Below are positions 55,945 through 64,000 of a stretch of 64,000 nt of DNA, in pieces. A program made the translations under genes and the position numbers. The notes under the pieces were generated by a model that saw nothing but the letters and a program-made list of their open reading frames with translations, was not told the origin of the DNA and searched no databases. Every line of letters begins with the position of its first letter. Within the stretch, counting starts at the first letter, position 1. The stretch comes from the human T2T-CHM13v2.0 reference genome, Homo sapiens, in the NCBI RefSeq assembly GCF_009914755.1, contig NC_060929.1, one strand, 5' to 3'.

Positions 55945-56535
55945 TTGTTTTAGTTACTATTGCTGTATAACAAATCATTCCAAACTTACAGGTTAATCAA
56001 CAACAATTTATTATGCCCACAGATTCTGCAGATCAGGGATTTGAGAGGATCATGGTGGAATCACTTGTTTCTGTTCCATGATGTCTGGGGCCTCAAATGG
56101 GGAGATACAGAGGTTGGGGATGGCTTCGTGGGTGAGGGCTAGAATTATTAAGAGGGTTATCACTTACATGCCTGGCAGTTGATGTAAGTCATCAGCTGAG
56201 ATGTCAGCTGGGGACATCCACTGAAATACCTACTCATGGCCTGTCCATGTGGTGCCTTAGGCCTCGTCACAGCATGGTGGCTGGGTCCCAAGAGTGAGCA
56301 TCTCAAGAGAGCAAGGTGAAAGTGCATGACATTTTAATGAGTCAGCCTTGAAAGTCACATAATGTTAGTTCTGCACTATTCTTGGTCAAGGCAGACACTG
56401 AGATCTGCCCAGCTTCAAGGGGACGTGGCAAAGACCCCATCATTTGATAGGAGGATCGTCGAGGTCACATTGTAGTGAAAGCCTGTGAGACGAGTGGTGA
56501 TGTTTCTGCCATGTTGGAAAATGCAATCTGCTACA
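55945..56535 (-). mobile_element. MLT1G-like MaLR LTR
   Basis: ctattgctgtataacaaatcattccaaac..ccatgatgtctggggcctc..cacagcatggtggctgggt..gcaatctgctaca. Confidence 0.75.
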
Positions 56536-58499
56536 CTGCTCTTTTCATTTAACATATCATACCATTAAAATAATCCATCAACTCTGTGAATACATCCATA
56601 GAACTTATTCATTTACTAGTTCCTTAGTATAGGACTTTTCTCATCACTTCCCCATAAGAGAGAAGAAGGAGGTATGGTTATTTTCCTTCCCTAAAACCAA
56701 GAGAGAGAGGCCCAAAGAGAATTATTTGACAAGTGGGATTCCTATTCCTGCAGTGTCGACTCCATTAATTTGGGGTCTGTTATCTTTCCTTTGATGGTTT
56801 TTGAGTCTTGGACCAGCAGGAGCACCTGAGGCTGCTTAGGACATGGATATAGGGGTCTGTGGCTTCTCAGGTGTGTCAAGGACACATACATTTCTCCTGG
56901 GTCGAGGGAACACCTTAGGAAGTGGGACTTGAGCTGTTCTGCCATTATTCCCCAAGTGGGTTTCCCACTGGATGAGATACCCCTGGTAGAAGGAAAGTGT
57001 GGGGAAGACTGTGGTTGGGGAGGAAAAGGAAAGGAAGCAGCTGGAGCCCTAGCCAGGCCACCCATGTAGGTGAATATGCAGGGGATGGCCCTACGACATT
57101 CTCCAAAGAACCCAATGGATGAGCCCCATGAAGGAGCCACACAGCAGGAGTCAAAGCTCAGTCTGCATTATCCAGGAACCAGTGACCACTGAAATAAAAA
57201 GGATCAGCTCCTCATCATAAGCAGCTAAATGAGGAAACATCTCTGTCCTTCCCTCTTTCCATCCTGCCCCAACAGCAGAGGGCATGCGCATAGGAGATGG
57301 CGTGGTGAGAAGAGACCATCCTCTTTCCCCTACAACCTTTAAGCAGCTTAGAAACTCAAGTCTAGGTTTGTGTATGTGTTTGGGCGTGGTGAGGAAAAGA
57401 GAGTCATTACAAGAAAACAAGTTTCAAGTTTTGAAATGCATGGGACTGAGTCCTACAGAAACAAAAATGTCACTGAATAACCCTTAATAACTGGAAATAA
57501 ATGGAATTGCACTAAGATGATGTCAAGCACCATTAAAGAGGATTTGAGAACACACAGTTGGTGGCAATTCTGTGTTTGAAACAGTGGTAAGCTGAGACTC
57601 CTTGATAAACTAGGTACAATTGTAGTTATTGGGTATCAGCCTTTTTTAAAGACTTAATTCTTAGCCAAAATGCCCTTCCAGGAAGGCTGTACTTTTCCCA
57701 GCTCCTTGAAGATGCCCACTTCACGGGATGACATTTATTCAGGCCTGGAGAGGTGCAATCTCATTATGTGGGTCATTAGAGCAACACATTAAAGGCGACA
57801 AAGGGAGTGTCGCCAAAAGACTTTGTAGCAAGTTATGTGGAAGTGAGCAAGAGAACACGACTGCCTCACCTCTTGGGGGTGGCGAAGGGTTATGTTTAGA
57901 TGGGGTGTATATGAGTGTCTGGGGTTTTTTACTCATATTGATGGCCAAATTATTTTCCCCTTCTGATTCCCTTTGAGAATCCACTTCACTACCTGCTTCT
58001 TGCTGCAAACTGGGAGTTGTAAAATCAGAGAGTCTAGGGTGTCACCCGAATTGCCCTCATGTATGGCATAGCTGTGTGTGTAGAGCAGAACGAGGTAGGG
58101 AGGAAAAGTCATGCTGAGCTCAGGCTGAGAAAGAAGAGGGAATCAGAAAGATGGGCCATTTGAAAGCAAAACTGCCTTGAAATCTCTAATAGGCTCTGTC
58201 TTGCAAACAAGAAGGGGAAGATAGGGTGAGAGGGGATGTTAGTTTTTAGCAACTGTTTTAAAACTGACAACAGAGGAAGAGAGACCAGACCACAAAGTTA
58301 ACATTTGCAACTTAGGCATCATTTGATTGTTTAAAAAAGTCCCCAGTCTTAGGAGGGGCTGTCCTTGGGTGAAGGGTTCTGTTTTGAACTGGAGGGAGAT
58401 CTGGGTGAAGCATGGATGAAGTATATACTCCCTTCCTCAAATCACTCTCCATCTGCATCACCTGATGCTGGAAATCCCCAGGATTAGCTTTTATAAAGT

Positions 58500-59232
<733 letters not shown>

Positions 59233-59314
59233 TATTGTTAATTTTTAAAAAGCTGTTGTCTCTCTTTGATCCATAAGTGTGTGATAATAGAACAGGAGGG
59301 GGACAGTTAACAAT

Positions 59315-59520
59315 GATCAGAACACTAGCTAACACTTCTTGAGCACTTAGGATGCATCAGACACTGTGCGAATTGCTTTCCATGGTACTATCTTAATCTT
59401 CCTAACAATTCAACGATATGTACCATTAGTCAACCTCAACGTATAAATAGAAAGCACATCCAGCTACAGGTAGAGGAGCCAGGATCTGAACCTAGGTGGG
59501 TGAACTCTGGAGCCTGTGCT
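59315..59520 (-). mobile_element. MIR
   Basis: agctaacacttcttgagcactta..cttaatcttcctaacaa..gagccaggatctgaacctagg. Confidence 0.65.
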
Positions 59521-59731
59521 TACACCAGGAGGTAAGCTTGCAGGGGCCCTGCGGGACTTTGGGAGTAGATGGGGATGCTTAAGGAGGGTTGAGTAGGAGG
59601 CTGTGGTCCTGGGGTAGTGTGTGGGCTTTGGGCATTGGAGGGTGGGGAAGAAGGTGACAAGAACGGGGTGAGATAAGGTAACCATGGAGTGGGGATTTGG
59701 ACATTTGAAACAGTTGTCACCTGTAGGATGA

Positions 59732-60151
59732 TGTCTTAGTTCATTCTTGCACTGCTATAAAAGCACACCTGAGACTAGGTTATTTATAAAGAAAAGAGGT
59801 TTGATTGGCTCACAGTTCTGCAGGCTGTACAGGAAGCAAAGCAGCTTCTGCTTCTGGGGAGGCCTTTGGAAGCTTCCAATCATGGCAGAGGGCAAAGGGG
59901 GAGTGAGGTATTTCATGGGGCAGGAGCAGGAGCAAACGAGAGTGAGAGGAGGAGGTGCTGCACACTTTTAAACAACCAGATCTCGTGAGATCTCACTCAC
60001 TGTCATGAGAACAGCACCAAGGAGATGGTGCTAAACCATTCATGAGAAACTGCTCCCATGATCCAGTCACCTCCCATGGGGCCCCACCTTCAACACTGGA
60101 GATAATAATTCAGCCTGAGATTTGGTGGGGACACAGATCCAAACCATATCG
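59732..60151 (-). mobile_element. MSTA-like MaLR solo LTR
   Basis: tgtcttagttcatt...acagatccaaaccatatc; TSD gatga/gatgg. Confidence 0.88.
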
Positions 60152-60389
60152 GATGGTTTCCAGGGAAAGGCATTTGCATCTGAATCCCAAAGGCGAATCA
60201 CAGACTGTCAGGGCTGGGAGTTCCTTAGACATGGTCTAGTCTGATGGTCTTTTAAACTGTACATATGGAAGCTTAGAGTCCGTCAAGGGTATGAATCGAT
60301 AGAGGCAGTGGGATGGAGGCTGAGCAAAGGGGTCTTCAAGACCTTCTGGTTTGCATCAACCAAAGTCGTTCCATTTCTCTTTTTACCCT

Positions 60390-61245
60390 TTTTGTTGTTG
60401 TTGAGGTACAGCTTATATATAATAAAGCACACGAATTTCAATTCATGTGATGAGGCTGGGCATGGTGATGCATGCCTGGAATCCCAGCATTCTGGGAAGC
60501 TGAGGTGGGTGGATATCTTGAGCTCAGGAGTTCAAGACCAGTCTGGGCAACATGGCAAAACCCCAACTCTACAAGAAATACAAAAATTAGCTGGGCATGG
60601 TGGCTCATGGCTGTAGTCTCAGCTACTTAGGAGGCTGAGGTGGGTGGATCACTTGAGCCTGTGAGGTTGAGGCTGCAGTGAGCTTTGATTGTGTCACTGC
60701 ACTCCAGCCTGGGTGACAGAGTGAGGCCCTGTCTCAAAAGATACATGAAATAAAATAAAGCCTGATGAGTTTGTATAAACTTATGCACCCATGTAACCAC
60801 AGATCAAGATAAAGAATCTTTCCAAAGTCCCAGTAAGCTCTCTCTGGTTCTTTCCCATCAGTGCTGTCACCAAAGAGAACCACCATTTTCATATTATCTG
60901 TTTTCGAACTCATATAAATGGAATCGTAGAGCATGCGTTCATTGTGTCTAACTTCTTTTGTTCAAAATTATGTCTGGGAGATTCATCCATGTTCTAGCAT
61001 GTAGGAGCCGCCCACCCTTTTTCATTGCTGTGTAGTATTCTGTTGTGTGACTATACCAGAATTTATTTAGCTTTTCTGCTTTTGATGGACATTTGGGTTG
61101 TTTCCATATTTTGATGTTATGAACATAGCTGCTATGAACACTCTTGCACAGCCTTTTTGGGGAAAAACGAACACATTTCTGTCGGGTATATACCCAGAGT
61201 GGTATTGCAGGGTTACTGGGTGGCTGCATGTTTAGCTTTGGTGGG
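60390..61245 (-). mobile_element. Ancient L1MC/ME 3' end, split by AluJ
   Basis: ttgatggacatttgggttgtttcc..gctgctatgaacactcttg..tatacccagagtggtattgcagg. Confidence 0.78.
60454..60759 (+). mobile_element. AluJ
   Basis: Full dimer, A-rich tail. Confidence 0.9.
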
Positions 61246-61549
61246 TAGGGCAGCTCTATTTTTGAACAGATGTTTCATAGAGTAGGAATCCTCATGTAAG
61301 ATTTTGCCTGGAGAAAGGGTGTGATTGCTTACATTTTTCTTCAAATGGAAAAAGTTTCAATTCCTGTAGTGCAATCTTCTGCATTTACAGATGGTGAAAC
61401 TGACACTCAGAAAGTGATTTGCTCAGACTCAAACTGCGGTAAAGCCACAGCCAGATCACTAGACTGAACATTTTGTATTGACTTTCAAACTCTGTGAAAC
61501 AGATCCTAAATATCACTCAAACTGGTTGCTGGTCAGATGTGGACAGGAA

Positions 61550-61760
61550 CCCATAATTAGAGTCAGAAGCCTTGGGTTCAGTCTCAAAACTCTCACTAAC
61601 AAATGTGTGAGTCAGGGTGAGGCACTGCTGTGGACCTCCATCTCCCTAACAGGGAAATGGATGTATTTGCTTCACAGCGTTGCTGGATGGAAGGAGGTAA
61701 TGATGGGGAGACATTTTATAGCTGGGAAGCTCTTAGCAAATTGTTATTATCATTATCAAA
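61550..61760 (+). mobile_element. MIR
   Basis: agagtcagaagccttgggttcagtc..cactaacaaatgtgtga. Confidence 0.6.
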
Positions 61761-61897
61761 ATGTATTCTAAGGGGATGCTTGGGCAAGCATGCTGTTTTC
61801 TTGTGGTATGAATGTTTATTCACTATTTTCTGTTTTATATTTTAGCCTGAGTTAATAGTTTTTAATGAACATTTCTTCCCCCTCATTAAAGAGCTAG

Positions 61898-62085
61898 TAT
61901 GGCAGTTAGTATTTTCCAGAGATAGCCACACCAAGTATAGCCCATCCTCCATGCTGCTCTTACACTGGGGACATTTTTATAATGAGACACACCTGCATTG
62001 AAGCGGGGGTCTGTGTTTCCTCCCCTTGAACCTGGGCAGGCTTTTGTAACTGCCTTGACTCACTGAAAGTGCAGAAATGGCAGTG
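61898..62085 (+). mobile_element. MLT1G/H-like LTR 5' fragment
   Basis: ttccagagatagccac..ctccccttgaacctgggcagg..gtaactgccttgac. Confidence 0.55.
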
Positions 62086-62656
62086 CGCAAGGAGGAATGC
62101 AGAGTTAGAAAGGAAAAGTCTAGATTTCGGGGTGTTTCCTGCAGAGAACAGAAACCCTCCCTGGGAGGAGACACTGCTGTGGCTTTTACTTTTCTGGTTT
62201 TACACTGTGGTCCTATTCACTTTTCAGATTTCTTCATTAAAACCTTCCCCCAAAGAGGAAAGCCTATGTCTAGGAACCACCCTGACAAGTTAAAGCTGAG
62301 GTGAGAACTGAGTGCTCCATAGCTTCCAATTCAGGCAGAGTTTTAGTCATTTTGGGGGAGCCTGTTGACTCTGGGAGAAAGGCCTAGAGCTCAGATTATC
62401 CTGGGGTTGTGGGGGCTGGGAACAGGAGCTTTGAGTGACAGTATACAGGGGAATAGTGACAGCTCCCCTTTGCCTGAGGGGCAGATGGACTCCTAGCACC
62501 CAGAACCCTAGACGCAGAATGGCGCCCATGGGGGTGAGTGGTCGAGAGGCACACAGAGAGAGCTGGATTTCTGCCCCTTGACTTTCCCCTCCCTGAGAGC
62601 TCCAGGTTTCCAAGAAAAAAGGTCCTCACCACAGTTCTAAAAATAATAACTATCTT

Positions 62657-62943
62657 GGCTGGGCACAGCGGTTCACACCTGTAATGCCAGCACTTTGGGA
62701 GGCTGAGGTGGGAGGTTTGCTTGAGCCCAGGAGTTGGAGACCAGCCTGGGAAACATAGTGAGATCCTGTCTCTACAAAAAATACAGAAAACTTAGCCAAG
62801 CGTGGTGGCTCCTACCTGTAGTCCCAGCTACTCAGAAGGCTGAGGCAGGATGATTGCTTGAGCCCAGGAGTTGAAGGTTACAGTGAGCTATGACCACACA
62901 ACTGCACTTCAGCCTGGGCAACAGAGAGAGACCATGTCTCAAA
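62657..62943 (+). mobile_element. AluJ
   Basis: Full dimer, ttgcttgagcccaggag in both arms. Confidence 0.9.
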
Positions 62944-62979
62944 CACATACATTCAACACATACATACATGCCTTATATG

Positions 62980-63200
62980 TGCAAATCACTTTACATACTG
63001 GGAGGCAGTTTCATACATGTGACTTTTTTTTATTTTTCCAATGACCCTGTAAATAAACCAGAGAATTGTATCATCGTCATCATCATCTTAATGTTATGTT
63101 TAAATAAACTGAGAGGGTGAATAAAGGCTTCACCCAAGGTCACACAGTAGCAGGTGGAAATGCCAGTGGGAAAACCAGGTATTCTGGCTTCGTGAGTTTT
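62980..63200 (-). mobile_element. MIR
   Basis: aaactgagagggtga..cccaaggtcacacagtagcaggtgg. Confidence 0.62.
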
Positions 63201-63689
63201 CTTTCATTGCATTGCATACTTGATCCGTGGAGGGGTGGGAGTTTGGGGCACACAGCAGATCAATGGCAGAGCTAACTTGGGGGAGAGGCACCTTTCACCC
63301 CTCAGATTGCCCCCAGAAGGTAGCTGTCTCTTTGGCTGGCAGCATGGTGTTGATTCTATGTGAGAATAAAATGTCCTGGGCTGGCCACCTCTGCCCCACC
63401 TTTGTCCCCCTACCTCCACCACCCCATGACTCCCCAGCCCCTATCAGAAAAGAACCATTCTCAGTCATTTACACCCTCATTACCATTTAAGGGCTTATGC
63501 TTTCTCTTTTAGCAATATTTGCTTTTAAATCTTATCGCTTATTATGATTTTTGTCTCCTGGAAAACATGGTTTCTGGCATCAGTAAGCTGATAGAAAAGC
63601 ATTATCTCAGGGGCAGGGTGGGAGTGAGTGAGAGAGATTTTATAGACACCCTCCTCGTGTGTCAGCAGATCCTAGCTACTTGAATCACA

Positions 63690-63900
63690 GCAAGTCACTT
63701 ATCAAATATCTGAGTGCTGGATGCCCGGGACAGAGTGATGAATAGAAAGTGGTCCATGCAGGTGCTGGGATACAGCATGAAGAGAGTGCAGTTCATGGCA
63801 GGGGCCACAGACTGGTGGGCGAGACAGGCAAGGAAGCAAGTAATTATGATCTGCTAAGTGCTACTATAGCTGTAAGTGTTCAGGGTGCCTGGGAGCATGA
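63690..63900 (-). mobile_element. L2 fragment
   Basis: caaatatctgagtgctggatgcccgg..taagtgctactatag..cagggtgcctgggagca. Confidence 0.5.
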
Positions 63901-64000
63901 AGTAACTGGGGTCGGAGTGGGGTGGAGGTGATGTTGTTTGGCGGAATCTGGAAAGGTAATAGAACTTCCCTTTATTGAATATCTTAGTCCAGATACTCTA

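Overview
Primate (most probably human or another catarrhine) non-coding genomic DNA, dominated by transposable elements. I find no intact protein-coding gene, RNA gene or CRISPR array, and the ORF track is explained by decayed retroelement genes or chance. Bases 1-4353 are the 3' part of a Harlequin/HERV-E-type provirus: a mosaic env-pol-env internal region plus a 3' LTR2, with what looks like heavy G-to-A (APOBEC3-like) hypermutation. Bases ~4.4-21.4 kb are a nearly continuous nested LINE-1 block: a full-length L1PB on + sits inside an older L1 on -, and carries a MER11 solo LTR and Alus. From ~22 kb on, ancient MIR/L2 repeats alternate with MaLR/ERV LTRs (THE1, MST, MLT1, MER74, MER39, MER61, LTR47, MER41, LTR33), DNA transposons (Tigger2a, MER58A), about 20 Alus and short unique stretches. 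Some unique stretches carry candidate enhancer motifs and + strand splice/poly(A) signals suggestive of a lncRNA. Repeat subfamily names come from my recall of consensus sequences and need RepeatMasker/Dfam confirmation. I could not identify the locus, and I see no convincing new biological system.
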